DNA from: Vicugna vicugna | Lineage: Eukaryota | Length of the DNA stretch: 64,000 nucleotides | Direction of reading: 5' to 3' | NCBI GenBank assembly: GCA_013265495.1 | Contig: MU058059.1 | Location: forward strand, 1,897,502-1,961,501 | In this document: in pieces, positions 1 to 12,245 of the stretch | Position numbering within the stretch: position 1 is the first letter of the stretch | How the letters are laid out: each line of letters starts with the position of its first letter | The notes under the pieces: model-generated | The model's input: the letters and a program-made list of their open reading frames with translations, nothing else | Database searches by the model: none | Told to the model about the DNA's origin: nothing | Made by a program: the position numbers and the translations under genes

Positions 1-31
1 GATTTCTTTCCAGCTTGTTGATAATACATAC

Positions 32-185
32 CAAGGGCTGCATATCCACTTCCTTCAAAGAAAGTTCCTTTCTGAGCTGCAGCATAGCACCTGCTGACTG
101 CAAATGCAGACTCTGCATTGTCCTTGCCCAGCTGTTTGCCATTTACTGTCACCTCCCCAATGCAAGCAGGGATGCTGTGGGTGAC
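32..185 (-). CDS. LAMA1: LAMA1 exon ~60 (end LG4/start LG5)
   Basis: 154 nt, tag|..|gtatg; VTHSIPACIGEVTVNGKQLGKDNAESAFAVSRCYAAAQKGTFFEGSGYAAL. Confidence 0.93.
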
Positions 186-633
186 CTAAGCCAAGTGACA
201 TGAGAGTAGATGAGGGTGAGAACACCAAGATGGGGAAGCACAAATTTTTCCTAACCTTCAACAAAACATTAAAATACTATCAGTTTTAAAATCTAATTGT
301 CACAATACTTCACTGTCTAACCTAAACCTATTATAATGCAGTAAAAGAGTTTTTCTATTATAATCTACAAATACAAATTTGCTGGAGTTTCCTGAATTGT
401 AATAGGGTTAAGTGACTGTGGAAAAGGAAATGTAAATCTTCATTAAGTAACAGGCAGGAAGGCTAGTCAGGCTTCAAGGAGAAAACCCAACACTTGATTT
501 AGGGCCATGGTTTGAAAGGTTTGCCTCTTGCAGCCAAGCCCCAGGCCCAAACAGGATAATTTAAACACAAACATAAATATATTCCAAAACCTCAATAAAG
601 GCAGAATGGGCCCGTGGAGAAAATGCTGCTTAC

Positions 634-792
634 ATTCCCAATGTTCCTGGCCCTGTACTCAGAGGGAAGGCCTCCTAGGTACAGCTTTCCTTCCACATCC
701 AGCGTGGTAGCATCTCCCACCGTGGTTACCATGGCAGACTCCTGGTTGTCAACCATCATGAAGCCCTTCTTTTTAAAGTATTCTGTCTTGAC
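634..792 (-). CDS. LAMA1: LAMA1 exon ~59 (LG4)
   Basis: 159 nt, tag|..|gtaag; VKTEYFKKKGFMMVDNQESAMVTTVGDATTLDVEGKLYLGGLPSEYRARNIGN. Confidence 0.94.
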
Positions 793-1094
793 CTAGAGCA
801 AAATGGAAACATGCGTAATTTCTAAGGAATGTGAGAAAACTAACAGATGTTGGTTTGCAACATCTGTTCACTATAGCAGTAATAACCTGAGTGAAATCTT
901 AAAGGATGGCTCAGGTTTTCACAGTTGGTTTGAGAGGAGGCTGAGCCTGGAGCTGGCACAGGTGAAGTGGCTCCGAAGAACATGCTCCGAGTCCTGGTTC
1001 TAAGATCACAAACGTTGCGATGTCAGCTTCAGCCCATTCTTACCACTCGTGGGCTTGATTTACTTCTAGTCAGATCGAGAATGTTTTTGGTACC

Positions 1095-1230
1095 TTTCAT
1101 TCATTCTACCAGTGTTTGCTGAGTGCCTGCTAGGTGTCAGGCACTGAGCAAGCGAGGCCCTGGGGATATTTCAAGAAGCAGAAAAGGTCCCTGCCTGCAA
1201 GGAGGCAGATACCAGACGCAAAGCAAGCTA
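1095..1230 (-). mobile_element. L2 LINE 3' end fragment
   Basis: ttcattcattc..tgctgagtgcctgctaggtgtcaggcactg resembles the reverse L2 tail; boundaries approximate. Confidence 0.55.
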
Positions 1231-1330
1231 GGAATCAAAGGGAGTAATCCCACTTCCTCGGAGTGGAGCAGACGCAAGGGACGGGCGGAAGGAAACTTGG
1301 AACGAGCAATCACGTTTCCTGAGAGCGCAC

Positions 1331-1520
1331 CGTGTGCCACTGGCCGTCACTGAGCAGAGCAGGGTGCGAGACCTTGGTCCGGCCCTTCCCAAGGTCAAAC
1401 ATGAAGTGGAGGCGGCCCTCGTGCAGCTGGAGAGCAGCGTAATCCACCTGGTTCTGGTGAGCCGTGTAGTAAATCAGGCCGCTGGAGGCGAATGTTCGGA
1501 TTCTTAGCTGAACTGAGAGC
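1331..1520 (-). CDS. LAMA1: LAMA1 exon ~58 (LG4)
   Basis: 190 nt, cag|..|gtgcg; LSVQLRIRTFASSGLIYYTAHQNQVDYAALQLHEGRLHFMFDLGKGRTKVSHPALLSDGQWHT. Confidence 0.95.
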
Positions 1521-1639
1521 CTGGAGGGAAACAAGAGCTCAGCCCGCAGAAAGGAATATGCTTTCACTTTTACTCTTTAAAATAACCGCAAAGAAAGAAC
1601 CCATTAATTGTTTAACGTTTATATTTAACATCTCAGGTC

Positions 1640-4130
1640 ATTCATCCCTTCCTTCACTTATCCGTCTGTTCATTCAACTCATGGTAATACAGACGTCCAT
1701 CTGCCAGGAACTAGTCTAGGAACAGAGGGTCAAGCAGTAAACAGAGGAAGGCCCTTCCCCAGTGAAACTAATACTAGAGACATGTCAGAGTTAAAGTTGG
1801 GTCACGGAGGGACCATTGGTGGTTTTGTTACATAGTCAGGGAGACAACTCTGAAAGATGGTATTTCTGAGACCCAAATGAAAGGCAGGACCTAGCCTCAT
1901 AAGGCTCCACAGTAAAGCCCTACATTTTGTTTTCAGACAGTACAGAGTATGTGAAAACAAGGGCTTGAGTGTGGTGGTCAGCCAGGAATCCCCACAGGGG
2001 CCACATGTCAGGATGGAGGGAAGGTGTCCTTCCGCAGAAGGAAGGGCAGTGTCACTAAGGTGCACAGAGATGGGGACAGGAGAGCATGGCTCTATCCTTG
2101 AGGATGCGGGGGCCTGGGAGGCAGTATTTGAATTTTACTGTAAGTGCGGTGGGAGGTCACAGGAGGGTTTTAATAAGGAGGGGTGTGCATGGCTGGATTT
2201 ATATCTATAAAAGGACCTCTGATGTGAAGAACAAATCAGACAGGGCCAGGCTGCTAGCAGGAGTCCACAGAGACCAGGCGGTGGCTCAGACCAGGGTGAC
2301 TGGGAGATGAACTAAATACAAGCGTTTTGGACAAAGAAGCAGCAGGACTTGCTGAAGGACTGAATTTGGAGAGTGAAGGGAACAACAACAACAAAAAAAG
2401 CTCTAGTAGGTTTGGGCTGATGCTGCCGAGGGCCCTGCAGAGATGGCACCATGGACTTGGCTGCAGCAGGTCTCAGATGGCTGGCGAGAAGGGAGGAGAG
2501 GCGGACTGGGTGGAAAGGGGACAGAGTGGAAGTTAAGGAAAGACAGCCAGCCACGTGAGGCAACTCTTTCAAGAAGTCTTACTGTGCAGCAGAGCCGGGT
2601 GCTGGGTGGGGTGGGGTTGGAGTCTCCTGGGAGTTTCTGTTTTAAAAGCTAGAAACTCCTAGACAGGAAGTAGGCACAGCAGTCACAAAGATTCTGGGCC
2701 CTCGCTCCGCGGTGTGAGTCTGAGCCTGTGTCTCAGCTTCCTAGTCTATAAAATGAAGAGAACACCTTCCTCACAGGGTATTTATGAGGACTAAGTTGGG
2801 GTATGTGTGTAAAGTCCTGAGACAGTCTCTGGCACAAGTGTTCGCTCCTCTTACCCTCACTGAATAGTGACGGGGGCTGGTGGTGATTCTTCTGGTGTGC
2901 TGATGGAGATCGTGTGTGAAAGAGGGAGAAACAGATGCTGCCCAGGTTCTGGAGAGGAGAGAGGTGATGGCTCCGGAGGGCAAGCAAGGGGGAAGACAAG
3001 GAGACAAGAAGGAAGGAAGAGGGTTGGGGACAAAGGCGGGAGCTCTTTTTGGTGCTGGACAGATGAATAGGCTCGCTCTTCTCAAGGATGCAAGTCAGCT
3101 TCTGGGCATGAAGGGAGGATGGGGTTGCAAAGAGTTTTGAGATAAGAGGAGAAGCTATTAAAAAATGTGACCATATTAGAGAAGTGTATTGGCTCCCTCT
3201 ACATTCAGAGTTTGGAGGCTCCATCTGAGGTCTGTGGCCACAGCATTAAAGTCAAACCAGGTAGGAAAGAGATGCATTTCTGCAGCCCTGACCACCAGCT
3301 CAAGTTCTGGCATAAATTAGGCCCAGTGTGGGTTATACCTGGGTCCTGATGGAAGAGATGAGAGGGTTAAGGGGGGTTACAAAGGAACACCTGTGATAAT
3401 GGCATCAGGACTACCTGGTTAAGGGGATACATTGTGTGGTGGGAGCTAGAGACAGGGGCGATGATGGTGAGAGAGCACAGGGGCTTAGAGGTCTTGATAC
3501 AGTTGAGGATCTGCTGGAGGAGGAAGAGGTCGGTTAATAGGATGCTTAAAGTAGAGATGGTGGAGGTGGCATGGATACTCCTAAGTACACAAGGGTATGA
3601 CTATGGGGAGAGGGTGGCTGGGGAGGAGGGAGGAAAAGACCTCTGACAAATCGGAGCCAGGGGACCTTGAAGATCAGGTGTTGGGTAGTTGCTGAACTCA
3701 TGGGGAAAGATGGCAGGAGACGCAAAGAAAAGACATTGAGCCAGGATCTGTGGTGGGGCAGTGATCTCAGAGGACCTCTTGTGGTGCAGAGCTGAAGGCA
3801 TCAGCTGCAGAGGCTGGAGAGTCCCAGGAGGAGACAGGAGGGCTGTGGAGCCCTGAGGCACATTGGCCATGAGATCCCTGGGATGTGAGCCTGCTTCACT
3901 GAAGGAAGAAGGGCACCTGGGACAGGCAGGTATGAGGGCCAGAGGGAACGTGCGGACTGGTGTGGGTGTGGACCAGGAATTTTGGAAGGCACAGTGAAAG
4001 AGTCTGGATAGACAGTTTCATCAGATCAGTGAATGCTGACTGTAGACTGGGGTTCAAGGTCCAGGTGATAGATCCAGGAGTCTTGGGACTTCCAGAAGGA
4101 AGAGTGATTTTAGAGGAAACTACATGCACA
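1640..4130 (-). mobile_element. Long degenerate L2 LINE (fragmented, interrupted by a MIR)
   Basis: cattcat/ttcattcaa tail followed by purine-rich L2-like body (gaattttactgtaagtgcggtgggaggtcacaggagggtttt); boundaries approximate. Confidence 0.5.
2715..2850 (+). mobile_element. MIR SINE fragment
   Basis: MIR core-like tctcagcttcctagtctataaaatg..cctcacagggtatttatgaggactaa..gtaaagtcctgagacagtctctggcaca. Confidence 0.6.
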
Positions 4131-4389
4131 CAGAGAGGCAGCAACCAGCCATCATCAAGAGGGGCTGAACCTCGGGATCCCCCCACCCCCTTAACCACGT
4201 TTTATCATCTGATCTGCACAGAAGCTGTGCATTCCTCTCTGCCTTCTCCCTGCTGCCATTTGGTGGCAAGTTGAACATTTCATAATAAAACACGAAAAGC
4301 TTCTTCTGGAAAAGACCCATTGCTGAAAAATACCTCCTGGATTCACCTAGCAACGAGATGCCACATGAGGACTTAAGAGCAATGCCTAC

Positions 4390-4502
4390 CTCCTTCTGAC
4401 AGCCAGCTGATTAAAGGGCAGCACGAAGTGGCTGCCTTCTGTGAGGCCGAACTGGTGGGCGTTGGGGACGTACTCCGGGGCTCTGTCCACGGCACACAGT
4501 CC
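4390..4502 (-). CDS. LAMA1: LAMA1 exon ~57 (hinge/LG4 start)
   Basis: 113 nt, cag|..|gtagg; GLCAVDRAPEYVPNAHQFGLTEGSHFVLPFNQLAVRR. Confidence 0.93.
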
Positions 4503-5804
4503 CTGTAAGACATGCACATGGCTCTCAGCCACCCACGGCCAGGACCCCCGCTAACAGAGCCACATTTTTCCATGAAGAAAACATCTCAGAAGCAATTGTG
4601 TCAGAGCACCTACAACGAAACATGTTTGTACTGATTTCACCTTTTTTGGCTTTTTCAGCAATTTACTCGACATCCCGTTCTCTCTCTGAGAAAGCAATTA
4701 GAGCTTTTGTTTTCCACCTCAGTCCCACTGAAGGTCACCTAAATTCCCATGAATTTTCATCTGGCCTAAGGAGCAGAGGCCTTGCTCTGCCCTCTGTCCC
4801 CCTGAAACCCTCACTCTGGGAAGGGCCTGAGGATGTCTGTGGCTTCAGGAGCAGCTAGAGCACTAACACCAGGAAACTAAATGCCCACAGGTGACGGGCT
4901 GAGCTGGCTCCTCCCGGACAGGAGCAAGGTACAGCCAGGGGGAGCTGGGCTGGAGGGGCGGGTGACCTGACTCCAGACAACATGAGGCCTCAGACCCAGT
5001 TTTCCAGCTTGAGTGGACAGATGCTACCAAGACAAGGGTCCTGAACTCAAAGATGGGTCCTGCTCGGAAGGTGCTGCTTTTGCGTGACTATGCCATAAAT
5101 ATCTAAATAATTGGAGGGCACACTTTCAACCAAGAGATCAGAAAAAGGGGAAAAAACTGAAAATTAACAATGTCTGCTGTTAAAAATATTTGGTCAACAC
5201 TGGCCTTTTCTAGATGAATTAAATTTTTTTTCAAAGCAACAATGATATGCACAATGGCTTACATAAATACTTAATCTCACGTCTCTAAATCCGCAGTGAT
5301 AATCTTTATAGAGACTTTGCCCCAAAGTTTGCTGTATGGCAGCCATGAGGCGCCCGAGCATTGCAGCGAGCAGTCGGGATGCTGTGCCATGCCCCTGCAA
5401 GGTGTCTCTGCCCTGCTTCTCATCACAGTGATGAGCCCGGGACTCTTTCCAGGCTCCTCTGGAAAGTGGTTTCCAGCTGGTTCTCCCAGCCAATGGAAGG
5501 CAGTGCTGGGAGGCTGGAGGTTGAATGGGAGAAGCCAAGTGTTTCTCCCTCCCTCCTGCCCCCCTGGCAGGGCCTGTCTTCCCTGCGCTCCAGTGCCCAC
5601 TAGGAGACCCTCTCTGCTCAGACCCTGGGCAGCCCGGCTCCTGGGCCAGGCAGCACCCCTCTCCCCCTGCATCATGGCTCCAGTGTGCTCCTGCAGCTTG
5701 CCCGACACCTTTCTAACGAGGCCCCTATTTTCATTTCCTCTGGGTGGTGCTCCTTTTTTTTCCTCCTGGACCTGAATTATATAGTTAGAGCAAGCCTTTC
5801 TTAC

Positions 5805-5940
5805 TGGACTTGGTAAAGGCTGGGGCTCTGGCGGGAGTTCACCATCCTCTTCATGAAGAACCAGCTTTGGCCTTTCTGAGAGCAGGCAGGTGTCCAAGTC
5901 CACTTGCTCATAGCCAGTGGCACTAGTGAAATCCAAAAGT
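5805..5940 (-). CDS. LAMA1: LAMA1 exon ~56 (LG3 end, hinge)
   Basis: 136 nt, tag|..|gtaag; LLDFTSATGYEQVDLDTCLLSERPKLVLHEEDGELPPEPQPLPSP. Confidence 0.92.
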
Positions 5941-6119
5941 CTAGGTGCAAAGTGTTTCCAAAATTAATGAAGATATTACAGGCCAACACATGAACCAAGG
6001 TTATTTGATTATTGAAAATATAAAATCCATTAAAAATATTAATACTTTCAGAGTAACCAAATTGACCATCTACTACAGTAACTAGAAGTCCTTATATCCT
6101 ACCTTATGTAATCTCTTGA

Positions 6120-6545
6120 TTCTTCTGCCTGAAATGGTAGCCCCCGACCCCCTTTCCTTCAGCCCCCAGCCCATCCCCTGTGTCCACCTGGCCATTCCCG
6201 AGTGTCCCTCAGGAGTCAGCTTAGATGCTGTCACCTCCTCCCGCAGCCTTGGTCAGGTTGCCTAGGGCGAGATTCCGGCTCTGGCTCTCAGTGCTGCACA
6301 GTGGCCTCAGTGGAACACTGACTTCTTTCTCAGAGGTTTCCCTTTGCCAGGAAGTCATGAACTACGCTTGTCCTAAGTCCCTTTACTCTACAACATGTCC
6401 CCTGTCTGTCCCTTGTTGGCATTTTCTGAGGATGTGGCTGTGAACAGCACATAGACATTTCTGCCCTGTCAGATTCCCAGCCTCAAGGCTTTCAGGAGCA
6501 GAAGATGCTTAATTAATGAACAAACAACTGGATGAATAAATATAT
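6120..6545 (+). mobile_element. L2 3' fragment
   Basis: ctgcctgaaatg..ctcaggagtcagcttagatgctgtcacctcc..gaacaaacaactggatgaataaa. Confidence 0.45.
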
Positions 6546-7109
6546 CAACTGCACAGATAACTGAGCCAAGGCTCTGGCATCATCATTGTGTTGAAACCCA
6601 AGACGATGTTCTATTTTTTTAAATGTCAAGGACTCCTAAGAGGTTACTGTACAAAGGACACTACGACTGTAAAACATCTAAGCCCTTGCTCAAGGTCACA
6701 GGCGAGAGGGAGGATCCTCAATCTCCTGACACTTGACTCACGTCCAGTTTCTCCTGTGCAGATCCTGCTCCCACGACCCCAGGTCAGAGCACAGCTTGTC
6801 TGCCCCAGCATGCTGACCACAGGCAGAGGGGGAGTGAGGAAATAAATGCCCGTGGGCACGTGTGCTGCCCTTCCTCGTGGTCAGCTCCACATGGGAGTTT
6901 TTGGAAAATAGTAATTGTTTCAGGAGAAGCCACTAAAAACCTGAAGCTGCAAGTAGCCTAGTAAAGTCTCCTTTAAAGCATTGAGCTCAAGACAGAAAGA
7001 ATCATAAAGTGCATCTCGAACCATAAAGTTAGGTTGCAGATTGGTGTCAGTACTTGGCATTAGGAGATCAGGAAGGGCAGAACCACACCGAGAGCACAGG
7101 CACACTTAC

Positions 7110-7295
7110 TCCAAGTTCCAGATCAGGTTTCGGATACAGCCATGGAATGAGCTTCTCATCTTGAGCATGGGGGTCCCCTCGCCTGCTGGAACCCCCCCGA
7201 TGTAGAGGTTGGACACGTTTATTGTCCTGCCTTCTGCTGCTGGGCCTAACTTCATTTCCACAGGAGTTGTCTCATCCAGTTGTACAGTGATAATT
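7110..7295 (-). CDS. LAMA1: LAMA1 exon ~55 (LG3)
   Basis: 186 nt, tag|..|gtaag; IITVQLDETTPVEMKLGPAAEGRTINVSNLYIGGVPAGEGTPMLKMRSSFHGCIRNLIWNLE. Confidence 0.94.
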
Positions 7296-7696
7296 CTAAA
7301 AGGTTAAAGGAGAAAATAAGTTTTTAAATGTAATGAAACACTAACTGTCCGCTTTATTATCTAATTCCAGCGAATTCTTGCTGAATAATAAAGAGGTTCC
7401 TGAAGATAAAATTTAACGTGTGTGTGAATAAAAAGGTGATTCTTGAAAATTAAAACTTAGGCTGAACATTCTCCAACAGTGAATGGAATGTGATTAAGTA
7501 TTATTGAGTTCAACTGCTTTTTGGAGAGTATCTTTTACTTCTTTACCTGACAAAATACCCATGTGTGCTTTTTAAAACAGTTGGTCTGTAGGTTTAGAAG
7601 GAAATATATAGGAATGTTGAAATAATACTATTTACTATTTCACTGTTTACACTTTACTGTTAACTATGCTATTTACTGTTTTACCATTCATTATTT

Positions 7697-7857
7697 TATA
7701 TATATATATATGTAAAATATAAACATCCATCACTATATGTATATCACTATATATAGCATTAGTAAATAGTATACATATTTATATATAGTGTGTATATACA
7801 GTATATAGCATAGTGTGTATATATATATATACACACATACACACACTATTTACTAAT
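7697..7857. repeat. AT-rich (TA)n/(CA)n low-complexity tract with nested inverted repeats
   Basis: TA runs; perfect palindrome 7813-7836; 13-bp inverted repeat at 7758-7770 and 7845-7857. Confidence 0.85.
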
Positions 7858-8114
7858 ATTATAATACTATTTGACACGGAATTATTACAACAAAAATAAA
7901 ATTTACGCTGGGCCCAGAAAATGGCAGGGTTAAGATTGTTCATTTATGAAAATTCTGCAAATATTGCAAAGCAGATTTCCAAGGAGGTGTCTAGCAAGCT
8001 TCTAGAATTGTCTTGGAACTACAAAAACTGAATGCTAATGACATCATACTAATTATGCCAGTCATCTCACTGCAGAGAGCACCAAACAAGCCTCCTACTG
8101 GGGCGCCTTCATAC

Positions 8115-8266
8115 CTCCCGCTCCTTATCAAGGAGATGGAATGCTCTTGGCCGTCACCGAATGTGCCCGTGGGGGCATGCAGGAGAGCTCTTCTCAGGCT
8201 GGTTCCGTCCCCAGGATTAACATGCACTTCAATGTGGCCTTCAATTAGCGTGATGCAAAGGAAGGG
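8115..8266 (-). CDS. LAMA1: LAMA1 exon ~54 (LG3)
   Basis: 152 nt, cag|..|gtatg; PFLCITLIEGHIEVHVNPGDGTSLRRALLHAPTGTFGDGQEHSISLIRSGR. Confidence 0.94.
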
Positions 8267-8579
8267 CTGGGAAGACTGCACAGAGAATTCCCATAGAAAA
8301 GACATTACTGTGTGATTTAAAGTAGTATCATCTTATGAAGGTCATGTGGGAATATTAGCACCAAGGAAGCAATTTCTTAAGAATATCACCACCTAATATG
8401 ACTGTTTTAACCTTTGTATGTTACTTCCTAATCTGCTATATAGTTTACATTCTGCATTATTGCTACTGTCACTACCCATATCAAAGGTTTCCATTCCTAG
8501 ACAGTCTTCATACTTACTATGTATTGCTGCATTCTGTACTAACTAGTCACACTGTAAGTCATTGATCTATTTCTCTTTT

Positions 8580-9455
8580 CCCCCAGTTTTGTTCAGATGT
8601 AATTGACATATAACATTGTATTAGTTTTGGGTATACAACATAACAATTGTATATTTATAAATACTGCAAAATGATCACCACAATCAGTTTAGCAAACATC
8701 CATCACCTCACACAGTTAGGCAAGATTTTTTTCCTTGTGATGAGAACTTCTAAGATTCACTTACTCTCAGCATCTTTCAAAAATACAATATGGTATTGTT
8801 ACTATAGTCATCAGGCTGTACATTACACCCCCAGAACTTATCTCACAGCTGGAAATTTGTACCTTTTGATCCCCTTCACCCACTTCCCTCCCATCTCCCC
8901 GTCCCTGCTCTGGCAACCACCAGTCTGTTCTGTTTCTATGAGTTTGATTTTTTTAAGATTCCACATATAAATGAGATCATACAGTATTTGTCTTTCTCTG
9001 TTTGACTTGTTTCACTTAACATAATAATACCTTCAAGGTTCATACATGTTGTTGCAAATGGTAGGAATGCCTTCTACTTTATGGCTGAATAATATTCCAC
9101 TGTATATATACCACACCTTCTTTATTCATTTGTCTATTGATAGACATTCAGTTTGTTTCCATGTCTTGATCACTATAAATAATGCTGCAATAAACAGAAG
9201 GGTGCAGGTATCTCCTCAAGATAGTGATTTCATTTCTTTCAAATATACACCCAGAAGTGGAGCTGTTGGATCATATAGTTCTGTTTTTAATTTTTTGAGA
9301 AACCTCCATACTGTTTTCCATAGTGGCTGCACCAGTTTACATCCTACCCACAGAACACAGGGGTCCTCTTTCCTTTTATCCTCATGAGCACTTGTTATTT
9401 CTCGTCTGTTTGATGGCAGTCATGCTCCCTGGCGTGAGGTAGGATCTCATTGTGG
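8580..9455 (-). mobile_element. L1 3' end (L1MA9-like)
   Basis: Reverse L1 3'UTR and ORF2 end: gtaattgacatataacattgta.., agattccacatataaatgagatcatacagtatttgtctttc, aacctccatactgttttccatagtggctgcacc. Confidence 0.85.
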
Positions 9456-9756
9456 GATCTAGTCCTTCATTGTTAAAAATTTAGGTCGTTTCTAATTTTT
9501 ATTACCACACATAGTGAACATTTTATTTTATTTCTTTTGCCTGTGAAATTGTTTCTAAGATTTCTAAACATGGGATTAAAGAGTTGAAGGTTTGAAAATG
9601 TTTAAAGCTCCTAATACTTTTTGCTATCCTGAGAGAGGTCCACCGGCAGAACTGGAATGGGAGTGTTTCACACAGCCTTGCCAGCACTGGATTACACTGT
9701 TCCTTTTTGCTGACTTAGTAGCAGACTCTGATTTACTGGAGGTCCTCTTAAGATTG

Positions 9757-10330
9757 ACAGGAAAACAGTTGATGGTTCCTCAAGAATTTAAATGGAGAAT
9801 TCCCATATGACCCAGCAATTCCACACCTAGGTATAATACCCAAAGGAACTGAAAACAGGTACTCCAACAGATCCTCGTATGCGGATGGTCACAGCAGCAT
9901 TATGCATGACAGTCAAAACGTAGAAACAACCCCTAATGTCCACAAATTATGCTGTGTATACTGTGCAGTATCATTCGGCCGTGAAAAAGGACAGACTGTA
10001 CATGCTACGGTGTGGATGGGCCTTGAAAACATGCTACGTGAAAGACACAAAAGATCACATGTATGAGTCCGTTTATATGAAATACACAGAATCGGTAAAG
10101 TCACTCCTAGACAGAGAAAGAAGACTGGTGGTCGCAGGGGTTGGGGAAAGTGGCGGTGGGGGGAGTGACTGCTTAACGGGCAGAGGCTTTCACTGTGGGT
10201 GAAGGAAATGCTTTGGAACTAGATAGAGAAGGTGGCCTCACAACATTGGAAAGCACTAAATGCCACTGAAAATTTCACTTAAAATTTATACAACATGAAA
10301 GTAACCCGTTTTATCTCAACTTGAAAAAAA
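9757..10330 (+). mobile_element. L1 3' end (L1MB-like)
   Basis: catatgacccagcaattccacacctaggtat..ggaactagatagaga..aaatgccactgaa.. ending in an A tract. Confidence 0.8.
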
Positions 10331-10911
10331 TACCGGTAGAGCCAGTAAACCAAGCTGCCCTTGGTAGACCTCTATAGAGTCTGCAGGTTGGTGTTCCAGG
10401 CCGGGCTCTGCAATAGCAGCTGCGTGGCCTTGTGCAGGTTCACCAGGCTCCCTGAAGCCCTTTCTCCCTTAGCAGAACGGAGGAAGGCACCTTCACCCTG
10501 AAGTGTGGCTGTGACACCACACGGCAGTGTCTGTAAAGCATCTTGCACAGCAGAGAGTAGTGCTCTGAATTGCAGCTGCGTGGCTTGTACTTCATTAAGA
10601 CCACTGTATGTAGCCGTCTGTACATCTTACAGTGATGTAATATATAACGTTTGAGCAGAGAAAAGGGTCAGTATCACTATGCTGTTAGAATTAGAGGCAG
10701 ACAGCAAGTGTTCTTAGTAGCTGGACAAGGAAGATGGACAAGGATGATTCATAAGGGAAAGACATTCAGCAGTAATTATTAAAAATGCACACCCATAAAC
10801 AACGAGGCACACAGCTAGAGTAAATGCTACAACTAGGTCATCTTCTATCCGGCGTTTCCTGAAGCCATTTCCTTCCTGAGCTCCTGGTTCCCGAGCCTTT
10901 GAGCCACTTAC

Positions 10912-11082
10912 CCCAGGGGCCTGCCGACGGCCCTGCTTCTCCCCGTGCTGGCCCAGGGCAGCCAGGATGATGCCGCTGCTGTTCTTGGTGGCAAATGTTG
11001 CCAACAGTTCCGACTCTGGTGACAAAGACTTGGGTGGCAATTCCATGTAGCCGCCTTTCAAGAAGCTAACACTTCGGACAGG
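10912..11082 (-). CDS. LAMA1: LAMA1 exon ~53 (LG3 start)
   Basis: 171 nt, cag|..|gtaag; PVRSVSFLKGGYMELPPKSLSPESELLATFATKNSSGIILAALGQHGEKQGRRQAPG. Confidence 0.94.
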
Positions 11083-11269
11083 CTGGTCACAAAGGAAACG
11101 AGAAAGGAAGTAAGTAAAATGGTCTCCCACACCGGAGGCTGCTGCCGTTTCCCCGCCGTCTCTTGTCTGTTCACCCCCCACCCTATTTTGGAACCTGTTA
11201 CCTTATTATGTTGGTTAATCAGTGAGCATTTGTAGAAACTCATCCCAGTATTAATAAAACACTTCCCAC

Positions 11270-11384
11270 CTCCAGTGTACAGCCTTTTCTCACTCCATAG
11301 GAATTTCTGAGTAAATCAAAGGTCGATCTGGATATTTCCAGGTTTTTGATACAGCCCACATAGCTTTTGCTGGTGACACCTTTC
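11270..11384 (-). CDS. LAMA1: LAMA1 exon ~52 (LG2 end)
   Basis: 115 nt, tag|..|gtggg; KGVTSKSYVGCIKNLEISRSTFDLLRNSYGVRKGCTLE. Confidence 0.94.
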
Positions 11385-12134
11385 CTATACAGAAGGACAT
11401 GAGAACAGCAACAACATTTGGATTTTGTTCCAGTTTTGAAAGAAGAAATAAAAACAGACCTAAAAATAAGGAAGATCTCTTTCCATGTGTCACTGCAGAA
11501 GTGTCTAGGCCTCCAAGAAGGAGTTCTCTATGCTGAGAACTTCAGGTTGAACAAGTGCTCTCCTTACCAAATTTAGTGAGTCTGACCACCTAGATGGCTA
11601 CCGAGATAAAAGTGTCTTTAATATTTTAAGGGAAACTATTATAGTCATTACAATTGAAAGATACTCACTAAAACACAGGCCAATTATGAGAAAGACAGTG
11701 CACTGCCATAAGAAAATTATAGCACATCAGTTATATAATCTAGTTTCCACGTAAAGCAGACATTCACTTCCCATGAGGACTAGTGTGGGCAGGGTTATTT
11801 CCTAGGATCACATGACGAGAGGAGTCATCTTGTCCACACCCCTTCGTCCTGAAGGAACGAACTGCGTTTAGTGAGGTCTGCGAGTCTCCACAACCCTGTT
11901 TCTTTGATTCTAAGTCAATATCATATTTTTCTCGACAGAATATGCCACACTGCTGGCTGAGGTGAGGCTGTAATGTGGTCAGGCTCCCATTTTTGAATTA
12001 TGGAGATCACTGAACATCTGGTTACACCCTGAAGCGTCAGCTAGTGACAGGAGAACTTTGCAGGAATATGGTTTCCTGCTAGAGGTGCATCTCTTTTTTC
12101 TGTGTTCAGCAATGAGCTGTGGACCATTAAGAAA

Positions 12135-12245
12135 CTACATGATTTAGGGCAAATTTCAACCTTTCTGAATCTCAGTTTCTTCCACTGTAAGTGAGGAGTC
12201 TGGCCTTGATGCCCAAGACCCTTCTATCATGAAAGTCTGTCATCT
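12135..12245 (+). mobile_element. MIR/MIR3 fragment
   Basis: gggcaaatttcaacctttctgaatctcagtttcttccactgtaagtgagg core. Confidence 0.55.

Noticed and set aside
5277..5936. 219-aa minus-strand ORF extending exon 56
   Set aside because: Only 5805-5940 is laminin-like; a consensus gtaag donor ends the exon and the remainder is intronic read-through.
10405..10590. Imperfect ~28-bp direct repeat around gcagctgcgtggc
   Set aside because: Lies in MIR-like sequence with only two degenerate copies; no evidence of function.
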